DNA of 64,000 nt from Zygnema circumcarinatum SAG 698-1b. Lineage: Eukaryota; Plantae; Zygnematophyceae. Made by a program: the position numbers and the translations under genes. The stretch lies in NCBI GenBank assembly GCA_037447605.1, contig CM074816.1:2632525-2696524 (forward strand), written 5' to 3'. The notes beneath the pieces are model-generated. The model was not told the DNA's origin. It was given only the letters and a program-made list of their open reading frames with translations, and searched no databases. Below, piece by piece: positions 38,283 through 58,000 of the stretch; position 1 is the first letter of the stretch, and each line of letters begins with the position of its first letter.

Positions 38283-38499
38283 TAAGCATTCTCAGCGTGC
38301 GGAACCCTAAAAAATGAGGGTTTTAGGGTTGGGAGCTGAAATCGAACAGTTTCAGAGGAGGGTGTGTGGGTGCCTTTCACATGTGAGAGGGCGTTCTGTG
38401 CTTTTGGAAGTGAGCAGAGGGTTCTCGATTGAATGTTCGATGATTCGTTTCGAAGGATAAAGGGGAGGGGGAGAGTGTGAGGACGTGGGAACAGGAGTG

Positions 38500-38536
<37 letters not shown>

Positions 38537-38680
38537 CGAGTGGGAAGGGGAGGGGAGGGAGGGAGGGAAAGGTATCCGGGAATGGAAAAAGAAAGAAGGG
38601 AGAGAGAGGGGGGGAGGGCGGGAGGGGAGTGGAGGGGAGGGAGGGGAGGGAGGGAAAGGTATCAGGGAATGGAGAGAGAG

Positions 38681-38736
<56 letters not shown>

Positions 38737-40134
38737 AAAGAGCAGGAGAGAGCCGAATAAATGGGAGTCGATTTTCACTGATAGTCTTGAGCTTGTTGAC
38801 AGATTTGATAGGATTTGTCGTTTTTGGGTGAAGTGAGCCATTCACACTTCAATAACGTTGTTTTGGCACCGCATTGACCTTCACTTTCTATCCAGCATTT
38901 GTTTGCACGACCTTGAGCATGGCACGTTGGCTTGCTCGCATGCCATGTGCTGTTGTTCATGCCCATGTTGTTGTTGTACATGGATGTTGCCTGCTTGCAT
39001 GCACCCATGCCGCCATGATCACAATGCCTTCATATTTCTTCCAATTTGTGTACGTGGATCAGGTTGCATGCACATGCGTATCCCAATGTGTGTGCGCACA
39101 TGCATGCATTGATTTCACAATGGCGATGCCATCAAATGTCCATGGATGGACACAGCAACAGGGAGAACCATGCATGTCCTTGTGTCCATTTGCTTTCTCA
39201 TGTTGTAGATGTTGTGGAGCACAATCTCCGTCATACCGTACAAGAGCACAATGTGTGAGCAGAGTGCCGCATAAAACGGGCATTCACCCAATACAAGCCC
39301 ACCACGTGGACTCTCGAGCGTGCGTTCACCCGTTCCGGCGACCAAACCCGCACAGCGCACGCGCGGACTGCTACTAGTACGTGGGAACGCGCGAATCCGT
39401 ACACTGCCTCTGACGAGCACTCCCGACTGTCCGATCATTTGAATCGACGGCCGAGATGCGCTCTGCGAACGTCCGTTCGATCGCACTTTGGGTGGAGTCG
39501 ACGCCGTTCAGTTCAAAATCAAAACTGGCTTCAGAACGGATTGCGCACATGGATGGTCGGTCTCCCCTGCCATTCCTCAAAACCCTAAGCACCTTCAAAC
39601 CCCTAAAACCCCGTGTAGCAGTAACATTGCCATTTCTATGCTCTTCAGTTTTATAAAATTTCTTATTAATGATGCTAATTGCTCGAATTGGATTCGACTA
39701 ATAGCTAAAAATGACAAATGGCTGACTAAAATGACTGACTGCGATTCCCCGATTTTAGGGCTTCCAATGTTGTTCATGTCATGCGCTTGGACGATGATGC
39801 GTACAGAATTGTGCTGCTCGGGACTATCATCTGAATAAGACAAAATTAATACACGACAAAAGGGTGCAGTAAAAACGACAAGTAACCGTACAGTCTAGTC
39901 TCCTCCCTGAGCGACAACAACCAGNNNNNNNNNNNNNNNNNNNNNNNNNNNNNNNNNNNNNNNNNNNNNNNNNNNNNNNNNNNNNNNNNNNNNNNNNNNN
40001 NNNNNNNNNNNNNNNNNNNNNNNNACGAAAGGTTGATCAATCTGAATCTCTACATTTAAGAAATCATAACTGCAATTATTGATCCAAATGCTATTAACTT
40101 TTTATGTCTTGGGGGTGTGCCTGCTGTTATATAG

Positions 40135-40669
40135 AGAGTGGTTCCGCACTTACAAGACGTACGAAGGGAAGCCCGAGAACAAGTTCGGACTGGACGAGAA
40201 AGCCATGGGCCGTGCTTACACCCTCGGAGTCATCGCCCAAACTCATTCTTTCTGGAAGAACCTTGTGCAAACTTCTCGCTTATCAAACTCTGAAACGGTT
40301 CCAGCTATCGGAGACGTGCCCATTCCTTCTCCATGTCTTGCCGTGGGAGGAGAGCCATGGATCGCAACTTTCGATGAAATCGCCATAGGAGGAGGAGAAG
40401 GAGGAGAGAGAGGAGGAGAGAGTGATGATGGGGATGCCAAAAATGGTACTAAGAACGAAAGCAAAACGCTCAAGGTGAAGGCTCAAGAGAAGGAGAAGGA
40501 GAAGGAGAAAGAGAAGGAGGAGGAGGGGCTCCTTGCGGCTGTCCAGACCCTTGTGAAGCAGTTCAGCGAAGAGGGTTCGGGGGCGGCCTCGCGGCGCCGA
40601 AGCTGTGACTGCGATTGGTCAAATGGGTCCGAAGCATTTGAGAGTGCGCCACTCCTGGTTTCCCCTTAG
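40135..40669 (+). CDS. Terminal exon of a family I soluble inorganic pyrophosphatase with a long C-terminal extension
   Basis: EWFRTYKTYEGKPENKFGLDEKAMGRAYTLGVIAQTHSFWKNLV matches the yeast IPP1 / plant PPa6 C-terminus (WFRxYKxPxGKPxNxF). Acceptor ATAG at 40131-40134. Upstream exons are presumably in the 100-N gap (39925-40024). Confidence 0.8.
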
Positions 40670-41132
40670 ACTTTTGGGGTTTTTTAGGGGTTTTTGGATG
40701 CAGGTCAATCTGTGGTAGATTCTGGGGGTTACATTCGTTGATGGAGTGTAAATAGCGATGTCAATATTCAAATTATCATGCCACATTCTCTCCCTTGAGT
40801 TATTATGTTTTGAAATTAATTTCCCTCAAAGGCATGCACGTTTGAAGGCTTAGATGCCGGCCGTATTTGGTTCGGAAATTTAAATTTCTGTGCATATATA
40901 TATGGGTAACCTTTCTTTTCCTAGGAGCGCCATTACATGAGCACATTAGCATTCTCCGCTGCATCGAGTGCGAGCCGGTCCACTCCATTATTGGTTTGTC
41001 CCCTCCAAAAAAAAAATTAGAATCAGCAAAGATTCCCAAAACATGTTGTACTAGCAAATTAGTTTTACTAAAAAAACCGGAAAAAAAAAAAAAAAAAAAA
41101 AAAAAAAAGGAAATGTTGCCCAGCTCCCCCTT

Positions 41133-47300
<6,168 letters not shown>

Positions 47301-48331
47301 ACTTTGAGGCGACTTGGGAGAGGGAGAGGGAGAGGGAGAGAGAGGAGAGAGGGAGGGAGAGGGAGAGAGAGAGAGAGAGAGGGAGGGAGAGAGAGAGTCG
47401 GAGAAGATAGAAGGAGAGGGGAGAGAGTGTCTTTTGATCTCTCCCACTCACAGCCGGCCCTTGAACCCTACGCCCACCCAGTCCCCTGTGCCCTGAACCC
47501 TCCGCCCCGTCTCTCTCTCCACATGAACCCTCTGTTTCCCCTGAACCCTAAACCTTAAACCCGAAACCCACCATCGCCCTATTCCAACATTCAAGAAGTG
47601 TTTTTTCGCTTCCTCCGTTGCAGTGCGGGTAACGGTAAGCGGGACACGTGGCGATGTCTCCACGTAACGCGGGCTGACGTGCCCGGACGCCCTAGGGCTG
47701 AGCTGGACGCTCCCTCCCTCTGATTGGAGTCCGTACATATTCGTGCATAAGCAAAGCAGCGATGTCATGACACGTGGCGCCATTATATTTGTCGATTAGA
47801 ACCTTTTTCGTATGGATTTGTCGGTACGAACGATCCAACGGCTCTCCCCCTTCTGTGGATATCCGTACGGTATGGCCGGTTGGAAACTGCACGTTTCGCG
47901 AAAGATGATTGGCTGCACTGACGCAGTACAGTATAATATGACGTCAGTTTATTTGAGACCGTTGACCGCGCAACGAACCGACCCGGTTTTGGTTCGTTTG
48001 TTTATGGGGGCCCAACAAAATATGGAACCAGTTCGGTAATTAGTCTAAGAAATTCAAAGCTTAGCCAATCACAACACGCCACGTTGATCAAATTATCCAC
48101 GTGATGAATTCCTATTGGCCAAATATGTGAGCCAGGCACCCTCAGGGCCTTCCTGCACTGCCAAAAGCCTCTGTTTGCTGCTCCGCTCAAGCACATTTTC
48201 GCCGCACACCTTCACCTTCTGCAGTTTTTTTGCAATTTTTTTGGACAGTGTATCTGCAGATTTTTCCAGTTTTAAATATTTTGCATGTTTTTTGGAGCAG
48301 ATCCGCAGTGAGCAGCAGCAGCAGCAGCAGG

Positions 48332-49267
48332 ATGATGATGACGATGACGACGATGATGCCATGGAGCTGCTCCGCTCCTCCTGCTGCTGCAGGAGGACGC
48401 GCCCCCCTGCTGCTGCTGCAGGCCGCCCCTTCCTCCCTCTCCCCCTGCAGTTCCTCCAATCCGCGCACTTCCAAGAGTTCAGGAAAACGCTTCCAGTCCC
48501 AGTTTCAGTCCGCGTTTCAGTTCAAGCCTCACCGACCGTTTCCGAGCCACAAACCCAAAGATCGAACCCTAAATCTGCGCAGACGAACCCTCCTGGCCTC
48601 CCTACAAGTGTCAGAAACTATTGCAGAGACTTCCCCTGCATTGGAAACCGCTCCAACTCTTGAAGAAGAAGGAACTAGAGAAACCACATCATCATCTTTT
48701 GAGTGGAAGTCGCATTGGTATGCGGTCCTAGCCTCAAAGCACGTGGATGAATCCCGGCCCCATGCTGTCTCTATCCTCGGGCGTCCGTACGTGCTTTGGC
48801 GGGACGCGGGCGGGGAGTGGCGCTGCTTCGTCGATGAGTGCCCGCACCGCCTCGTGCCCTTATCGGAGGTGGAGCCTAAAATCTCTTTTTTTGTTGTTAT
48901 TCTTTTCAGTCATGAACTCTGTTGATTAAGTCATTTTCATGAGTCCTGCGGGTGTAATTTTAATTATTTTTTTAGTCGGGAACTATTTTATTCAATATGA
49001 GTTTTGGGGGACTGGATTCTTTTCTCAGTCCTGGAGCCAGTTGCTTGATTAATATGGGTCATAATTTTTAATTGTAGATGTGTCGTAGAATGATATGAAT
49101 GATTTCCATGCGGATAAAGGATAATAAGGCGAGCAAAGAAAGATGTTAGCGATTTTCTTGAAAGCTATTTTCTTGAGAACAGAGCGAATGAAGGCACACA
49201 TAGTGCGGGGGGAAAAGGACAAGAGATGAAATGGAAAGAGAGGGCAGGAGAGGGGGGAGTGTGGAGA

Positions 49268-49340
<73 letters not shown>

Positions 49341-52050
49341 TGGGAGGGGGGTTGGGCTACTTTCTGGCGCCCCTGAGGATTTCTAGAAGTACTGCTTCCA
49401 AGTCCTTTCTGGGTTTCTTCGATCCCACTTTCTTTTCTTAATATGACGATGACATGGCTATCTTTAAAATAGCAACGACCGCTTAAACTTGAACTTTTTG
49501 GCAGCCTTCCTTTGGGGCATGGAACAGGGCCGTATTGATGAGATGGGCCAGCTGCAATGTTCGTACCATGGTTGGGCCTTTGACGGGACCGGAGCATGCA
49601 AGTCTATCCCACAAGCTGACGAAGGGAGAGCTTCAAAGCAGCTCTCATCTAGCAGAGCATGTGCCCGAGCTGTGCCTACTCTCACATCCAAAGTAAGGCT
49701 CTATGCTTCACAAGGACTTACTATTACTGTACATGAATATATAGGGTTTGGTAGAACGGATATCTTGTCCCTTTTGTTTTGGTGACTGATTTAGTTTTGT
49801 TTTGGTATAATCGGAGGCGTGCATCTTTGGTGAAGGGCGATGCTGCTCCATGTGGCAGCCGAGAGTTCTGTGAAGCGTTGTGAAAGAGCTTATGTTTGCT
49901 AGAAGCATTGAAAGCTTCGTACTTTCTTGGAGCTTGCATTGGGGAGCTTTGTTTTTGCTGCAGATAGGCCAGGTTGCATTTAATGACAATGTATGATAGA
50001 TTTTCGATGCTTTTATGCTTTATAACAGGGAATCAGCAGTGAAGCAAAGACCCAAAAAACAGTCGCAATGATGAACTTCCCGAAAACCTGCCTCTGGCCT
50101 CTCTTGTCTACCAACTAACTAACTGACTGACCGACTAACCGACTGTCTAACTGACCGAATGACTAACTGAATAACTAACTGAAGGCTGACCGTTCAAAAA
50201 TGATGATGTAGGAAACAAAGAATTAGACAGAGCTCGATTGTAATTTACTGCAAAAACCGTAAAAGAATAAAAATACGAAGAGTTTTCATCCAAGCTGCAA
50301 CCTGATCCTGTGTTTGACAGGGAGTTATCTTTGTTTGGCCTGACGAAAATGGATGGGAAAAAGCCCTTGCTGCGCCCCCACCTTCACCTTTTCAATCGGA
50401 GCTGATGATGAATGGAGAAGAGTTACGTATAAGCACTTATTCTCGAGACCTCATGTATAGCTATGAATATTTGGTGGAGAATTTGGTGGATCTGAGCCAC
50501 CTTCCCTATGCGCACCACGGAGTGCTCTCTTTGAACCGCTCGGCCGGCAAGCCGCTCCCATTTACGATAGCAGATGACCAGGTGAGTGAGACGGATTTTC
50601 GCAGAAAACTTGGTTTTTATTGTCAGAGTCTTGCTCGGAATCGTTTTTAAAATAGTTTTTAGAGTCATGCGTGCATGCATAGTTGCTGAGAGAGAGTTTT
50701 GGCAGCACATGTTGTGAGTGTGCAAAAGTCCGATGCTCATTCGCGCTCTCTCCATATCTCTTAATCTCGCCCTTCCCTTCTCTCTCTCGCCCTCCCCCTN
50801 NNNNNNNNNCCTCCCCCTCCCCCTATTTACAGGGCCCCGCCGGCTTTGTAGGAGAAGGTCACGACGACGTCTTCACACGAACCAAAACTCTTTCTGTGTC
50901 GTTCCATGCTCCAAATTGTATCACATACGCCAGGTATTTTATTTCTTCCCCCATCCCCCTCTTCCCCTTTTTTTTTTTTTTCATTCTGCTTTTGGCTTTT
51001 GAGGGTTTTTTGTTTTGTTTTGTTTTGTTTTGTTGAGGACCATATTGCATATGCAAAACATTTCGCTGTTATGTCCAATTTAAGATTTCCAAATGCATGG
51101 ACTGCATGTGATCTGTATGAATATGTGTATGCATGTAATAAGGTGAGAACAATCTGCAGCAATGTGAACACCTGTAGTACAGTACAGGTCTCTCCTTCTC
51201 TGTCTCCCTCTCTCTCTCTCTCGCTTCTTTATATCCACCACAGCCTATCATTTCCTGTCGACCACACTCGTGGTTTCATCTCAAACCACTTTTCCAGACA
51301 TGCGAAACTACAGAAAAAAGCCTACTTTGAAAAATAAGGCACCAACTCCAGTCAGAAAAATCTGGTTTTCCTGGTGGTTTTGCATTGTGCAGGACCTTTA
51401 AAAGTGGCGTGAAAAGTCAGCTCAATTTATTTGCCACTCCGGTGGCCCCCGGAAGGAGCCGCGTGGTTTCTCAGATGGTGGTAACAGGGCCCCCCCCTCC
51501 TCTTCTCCGATATATCCAAATTCCGGATTTCATTCCGCACCTTAACATGGAAGACATATTCGACAGTACGTAGTCACCCTCTCTCTCTCTCTCGTTCTCC
51601 GTCTCTTTCTTTCTCTATCTTTCTCTCACTGGTTGTGCTTTGCTATAAAATTAAGACAAACTGCGCATAGATGTTTTAGTTGCATCTTTGTATTTTCTTT
51701 TCCTTTCATTCCTTTTTCCTCCTTGGGCTTCAAGTTGTAGTTCTGGCACTGAATCCCTGTCTAAATATCCTTACTTCAAGCACTAAAAACTGCTCCCTTT
51801 GTTGGTTTTTTTTTTTTTCAGGCGATGCTGTCTTCCTTCACGGGCAGGAGAAAGCTGTTCAGAGGAGGAGGGAGGACTCTGACACGTGGCAGCGCTTCTA
51901 TTACATGCCCTGCTCCTCCGACCGCCTCGTTGTCGCCTACCGCCAATGGCTCGCCAAATACGCCGGTAAGTTTCTGAGCCACATTTGCAGCTTATATGTA
52001 TAACATGTAATCAGTCGTGGGTTGGCTAACTGGCTTCTTGACGGAACAGC

Positions 52051-52104
<54 letters not shown>

Positions 52105-52574
52105 CAGGCGAGAAAGAGAGAGAGAGAGGGGGAGAGGGGGGAGGGGGCGAAGAAAGGAGGAAGATGCTGTGTGGTCCACACTTCTCAGTTCTCCAACCTG
52201 AAGTCAAAGTTAGGTTAACGAGCAGCATGATATGATGCGATTTTTGAGCAGGTGGTGAAGTGGAGTATATTGGAGGGACGGAAGTTTCAAAGTCCACATT
52301 GTGGTCTCCCAAAGAAGAAGTGATGGACAGGCTGCACGGGCATACTCAGAATTGTAAGACCTGCTCTATAGCGCTCAAGCGCTTTCAGCTCGCTTTGAGT
52401 GTTGTGAAGGCCCTTTCGTTCGGCCTTCTTCTTGGGGTCGCCCTTCTATACGGGAGACCCTTTATACAGTTAGGTTTTACAGGGGCTGCGGCTCTCTCGT
52501 ACGCTGTTTCTGTGTGGATGGAGCGATACGTTCAATTGTTCATTTACCGCGGTTGGGATCACGCTACAAGATGA
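48332..52574 (+). CDS. Pheophorbide a oxygenase-family (PAO/PTC52/TIC55) Rieske mononuclear-iron oxygenase, plastid-targeted; 7 exons
   Basis: Exons 48332-48868, 49528-49692, 50321-50581, 50833-50933, 51393-51565, 51822-51965 and 52252-52574 splice in frame. Rieske CPHR...CSYHGW, iron motif [22 protein letters not shown] and C-terminal HTQNCKTC are all present. The start Met is uncertain. Confidence 0.92.
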
Positions 52575-52949
52575 GGGGCTCGCTCCCATCCTGAAGGCGC
52601 TACTGGAAGCAGAAGGTGCTGTAATAGTGTGCTATATTATGTAGAGTTTTTAATGTATGGAGATGCGTGTTCACTGTACAGAAATTACAGTTCACAGTTT
52701 GACATAAGTTGGATAGTCTGTAGGAAGATATGCAGACTTCAACTGGCGAGGTTTTATCCATTTTTAAGAAGTTCCTTTGTTGAGTTTGGTACGTTGTGTC
52801 GAGTAACTTGAAAAACATTTAATGGCAGAAAAGGAACAGTGAGGAACCGCCTCGCAATCGTTGCCACAAATATGTGCACGCCCTCCTGCGCACGCACTCT
52901 GCATGGAACTGCGACGGACGAGGGAAAGAAGCGCCCTCTCCTCCCCTCC

Positions 52950-53815
52950 CTTCCCTTCGTCCCTCCCTCCTATCACCCCTCCCTCCCTTTGTCCCTCCCT
53001 CTCTTCCCTCCGTCCCTCCCTCCTATCACCCCTCCCTCCTTTTGTCCCTCCCCTCCCTTCCCTCCGTCCCTCCCTCCTATCACCCCTCCCTCCTTTTGTC
53101 CCTCCTTTTGTCCCTCCCTCTCTTCCCTCCGTCCCTCCCTCCTATCACCCCTCCCTCCTTTTGTCCCTCCCCTCCCTTCCCTCCGTCCCTCCCTCCTATC
53201 ACCCCTCCCTCCTTTTGTCCCTCCCCTCCCTTCCCTCCGTCCCTCCCTCCTATCACCCCTCCCTCCTTTTGTCCCTCCCCTCCCTTCCCTCCGTCCCTCC
53301 CTCCTATCACCCCTCCCTCCTTTTGTCCCTCCCCTCCCTTCCCTCCGTCCCTCCCTCCCTTCCCTCCTTCCCTCCCTCCTATCACCCCTCCCTCCTTTTG
53401 TCCCTCCCCCCTCCCTCCTTTTGTCCCTCCCTCTCTTCCCTCCGTCCCTCCCTCCTATCACCCCTCCCTCCTTTTGTCCCTCCCCTCCCTTCCCTCCGTC
53501 CCTTCTCCCTCCCTTCCCTCCGTCCCTCCCCCCCCTCATCCCCCCCCCTCCTTTTTGCCCTCCCCTCCCTTCCCTCCGTCCCTCCCTCCTATCACCCCTC
53601 CCTCCTTTTGTCCCTCCCTCTTCCCTCCGTCCCTCCCTCCTATCACCCCTCCCTCCTTTTGTCCCTCCCCTCCCTCCCTCCGTCCCTCCCTCCTATCACC
53701 CCTCCCTCCTTTTGTCCCTCCCCTCCCTTCCCTCCGTCCCTCCCTCCTATCACCCCTCCCTCCTTTTGTCCCTCCCCTCCCTTCCCTCCGTCCTATCACC
53801 CCTCCCTCCTTTTGT
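52950..53815 (+). repeat. C-rich minisatellite with a ~54-bp unit (CCTCCCTCCTATCACCCCTCCCTCCTTTTGTCCCTCCCCTCCCTTCCCTCCGTC)
   Basis: An 18-aa periodicity (PSLRPSLLSPLPPFVPPL) appears in the ORF track. About 15 imperfect copies. Confidence 0.9.
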
Positions 53816-53987
53816 CCTCCAAGAAGTGGTTTGACCGCGCGTCACGGACGCGACCATGACAACGTGCGACCAAGCTCGCACGCGCGAACTCGGTTCGCAT
53901 GCGCGATGTCAGTTCGCACGAGTGGACCTGCACATGGGCGTCCCGGGGCCTCCAGAGTAGGGATGGCTTAATTACGACTATATAATA

Positions 53988-54986
53988 GGGGGAGTCAGAC
54001 CTTGACCATCGCCCGCGGAATTGCAAGATTTCGACCGCGGAAAGGTATTGATTTCGATTTCCGAATTCGGGTCGGAAACCACGGCTCCCCCCGAACCTGT
54101 CTGTCACGTCCGTACGGCGGAATAGGCTACAAAAATGCCCCCAAATTTCAGAATTCCGCGCTCCGAAACGGTCGTTTCGAAATTCCAGCTTTCCGCCGAT
54201 CAGGAATCGTGCCCCGCCTTGTCGCCATGCGCGTCACGCATGTGCGAGCGCCTCACCGCCGCCGCCCGGACGCCGCGACCCGCCGCCGCGCAGAGCAGCG
54301 TTTCAGGGCTGGCACAGCTTTAGGGTTTCTCTTTCTCCCACCAACAACACCCACCTTGCGGCAAGCACGTCCTCACGGACCTCTTATGCACCACGGGAGA
54401 ATGGTCAGCGAGGACGCGAAGTGACGACGGCGGAGTTGAGCAGCGGTGAGTCCTTGCCCTTGCACCTGCCCCTGCCTCCCTCGCCCTGGCCCATGCCTTC
54501 CTTGTCTCCATTGCTGCTCTTTCTGCTGCTGCTGCTGCTGGTTTTTTTTTTGCTGCTTCTTTTTCTGCTGCTGTTGCTATTGCTGTGCTGCTGTTGCTCG
54601 TGCTGCTGGTACTGGCTGCTGCTGCTGCTTCTGCTTCTGCTGTTGTTACTGCTGCTGCTTTTGCTGCTTCTGCTGCTGCTGCTGCTTGCTCCTATTGCTG
54701 CTGCTGCTGCTGCTGCTACTGCTTCTGCTTCTTTTTCTGCTGCTGCTGCTACTACTGCTGTTGTTGTTGCTGTTGGTGGTGGTGCTGCTGCTACTACTGC
54801 TGTTGTTGTTGCTGTTGGTGCTGCTGTTGCTGCTGCTGCTGCTGCTTCTGCTTCTGCTGTTGTTACTGCTGCTGCTTCTGCTGTTGCTACTGCTGCTGCT
54901 TCTTTTTCTGCTGCTGCTACTACTGCTGTTGTTGTTGCTGTTGGTGGTGGTGCTGCTGCTACTATTGCTGTTGTTGTTGCTGTTGG

Positions 54987-55045
<59 letters not shown>

Positions 55046-58000
55046 CTGCTTCTGCTGTTGCTCTTATTGCTTCTGTTTTTTTTGCTGCTGCTTTTTCTAC
55101 TACTGTTGTTGCTCCTATTGCTTCTGCTTCTTTTTCTGCTGCTGCTGCTGTTGCTGTGCTGCTGCTCCTACTCCTACTCCTGCTCCTCCTCCTGCTGCTG
55201 CTGCTGTTGCGGTTGCTGCTCTTGCTGCTGCTGCTACAGCATTCATTTTTTTTTTTGGCTGCTGCATTTCGCATTCTGCATTCCGCATTCCCCATTCCGC
55301 ATTCGGCATTCCGCATTCCGCATTCTGCCTCCCTTGCACCTGCTCCAGCCTCCCTTGCCTTTGCCCCTTGTTGTGTTGCCCTTGCCTCTGTCTTCCTTGC
55401 CTTGTGCCCCTCGTTCCTTTGCTTATGCTTCTGTTGTGTGTATGATTGTATGGCATTCCTCCCTCTCCCTATTAAGTTGAAGTGGCGAATTGGTTACGCA
55501 ACTGTTGCAAAACAGTAATAAAGGGGTTCAAATCCTCTCTTCAACTTGTAGTGTTTATTCACTTTTCTATTTTTATTTATTTAAACTTTTTGTGTTTTTG
55601 CTTCATATGCCAAATATTTGTTGTTATTTTTTTTTAGTTGTTTTTATTCTATCTATCTATTCTTTATTCTATATTTTATCCTATCTGCTGCGGCTGTTGC
55701 TCTCGCTGCTGTTGCAGCATTCATTTTTTTTGTTTTTGATGCTGCATTTTGCAATACGCATTTTGCCTCCCTTGCACCTGCCCCAGCCTCCTTTGCCTTT
55801 GCCCCTTGTTGTGTTGCGCTTACCTTTGTCTTCCTTGCCTTTGCTTGTGCCCCTCATTCCTTTGCTTATGCTACTGTTGTGTGTATGATTGTATGTCATT
55901 CCTCCCTCTCCCCAAGTCAAAGTGGTGAATTGGTTACGCAACCGTTGCAAAACATTGCAACAGTAATAAAGGGGTTCAAATCCCCACTTCAACTTGTAGT
56001 GTTTTTATATTCTTCTATTTTTATTTATTTAAAGTTTTTGTGTTTTTGCTTTATATGCCAAACATTTGTTGGTATTTTTTTTAGTTGTTTTTATTGCTTT
56101 TTACCATCTCCTTCAAAACTTTGAATTGGGTTGTTGTTGTAAGCGCCAATTTAGAACATTAAGACGCTTCTCCCATGAATGTACAAATGGAAACACAAGT
56201 AATGGCTTGTGTGTGGAATCTCAAGTGAATCACAACGACAAAGACTGGAGTGGGAGAAACAACAATGAGAGTTTACTGAGGCAAGGCGAATCCAAGATGA
56301 AGAAGAAGAACAAAAATTACAAATATAAGATTCTCAAGAAGAACAAAGATTACACATTATTGGAGCAGCGTAAAAAATCTATTAATGTTAAAACATGATA
56401 TTATTTGCATTTAGAATCGCTTAAAGTAGAATACAGGAGAACTCAAAAAAGTGTGTGCACAAAGAGAGGGAGGGAAGGAGGCCAGGGGGGGTGTCTTACT
56501 GACGCCAGTACTTACTAAATTGAGAATGAATGGCACAAGTTTTTATAATGAGACATGGTTTTTATTTTGTATACAAAAAGTATTTTTATATATGTTTGTG
56601 TGTATGTATATATGTGTATGAATTATTTGCGTGAATGTGTTTTTATAAGAACAAAGAAAGAGTAGTAGTTGTGTATGCTACAAGGAAGATTCAGAACCAT
56701 TTATACAATCTCATCAATTGAAACAAATAAAGGTAAAAAGCAAAAAAGACAACAAAAAAATAACAACAAATATTTGACATATGAAGCAAAAACGCAAAAA
56801 CTATGAATGAATAAAAATAGAATAAACACTACAAGTCGAAGAGGGAATTTGAACCCTTACTGTTTTGCAATATTTGCGTAACCAATCCACCACTTAACCT
56901 TAATTGGAAGGGGAGGAATAACATACACTCATACACAACACAAGCATAGGCAAAGGAACTGGAGGTGGTAGACTGAGGCAAGGGAGGCAGAATGCGGAAT
57001 GCGGAATGCGGAATGCTGAATAGGGAATGCGGAATGCAGAATGTAGCAGCAAAAAAAAAAAGCATGCTGCAACAGCAATAGCAGCAGCAGAAGCAGATAG
57101 AATAATATTTAAAATAAAGAATGGATAGATAGAATAAAAACAACTAGAAAAAATAACAACATATGTTTGGTATATGAAGCAAAAACACAAAAACTTTAAA
57201 TAAATAAAAATAGAAGAATGAATAAACACTACAAGTCAAAGAGGGGATTTGAACCCCTTTATTACTGTTTTGCAACAGTTGCGTAACCAATCCGCCACTT
57301 TGACTTAATGGGGAGGGGGAGGAATAACACACACTCATATCGTGTAATGGCATAAGCGAGGAAGGAGCCGGGAGGCACCAGGCAAAGAAGGAAGGGAGAG
57401 ACAGGGCAAAGGGCAACTTACAGCAAGGGGCAAAGGCAAAGGAGGCTAGGGCATGGAGCGGGAGGCCAATCGCGGAATGCGGAATGCAGAATGGGAATGC
57501 AAGAATGCAGAATACCGTCACAGCATCAAAAATAATAAAAATTGCTGCAGCAGTAACAACATAAAAGCAAAAGCAGAAAAAGCAACACCAAAAAAAGCAG
57601 CAGCAGCAGCAGCATCAACAATAGCAGCAGCATAAACAGCAGCAACAGCAGCAGCAGTAGAAAAAGAAGCAATAGCAGCAGCAGCAGCAAGAGTAACAAC
57701 AAATAGCAATAGCAACAGAAAAAGAAGCAGCAGCAGGAGCAGCAACAGGAGCAGCAACAGGAGCAGCAACAGGAGCAGCAACGGGAACAACAGTAGCAAC
57801 AACAGCAACACCAGCAGCAGCAACAGCAGCAACAGCAGCAACAACAGCAGCAACAGCAACAACAGCAGTAACAGCAGCAATAGCAACAACAGCAGCAACA
57901 GTAGCAACAGTAGCAGCAGGAGCTGTAGCAGTAGCAGCAGGATAAGAAGCGACTAGAGCTGCAGCAGTAGCAGCAGAAACAGCAGCAACAGCAGTAGCAG

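Noticed and set aside
52839-53971. Three-frame Pro-rich ORFs resembling extensins
   Set aside because: They arise from the 54-bp minisatellite. There is no signal peptide or splice support, and all frames are open.
56066-56398. ORF in the core of the 5-kb element as a transposase remnant
   Set aside because: No DDE, MuDR or zinc-finger motif was recognisable. It needs an HMM search.
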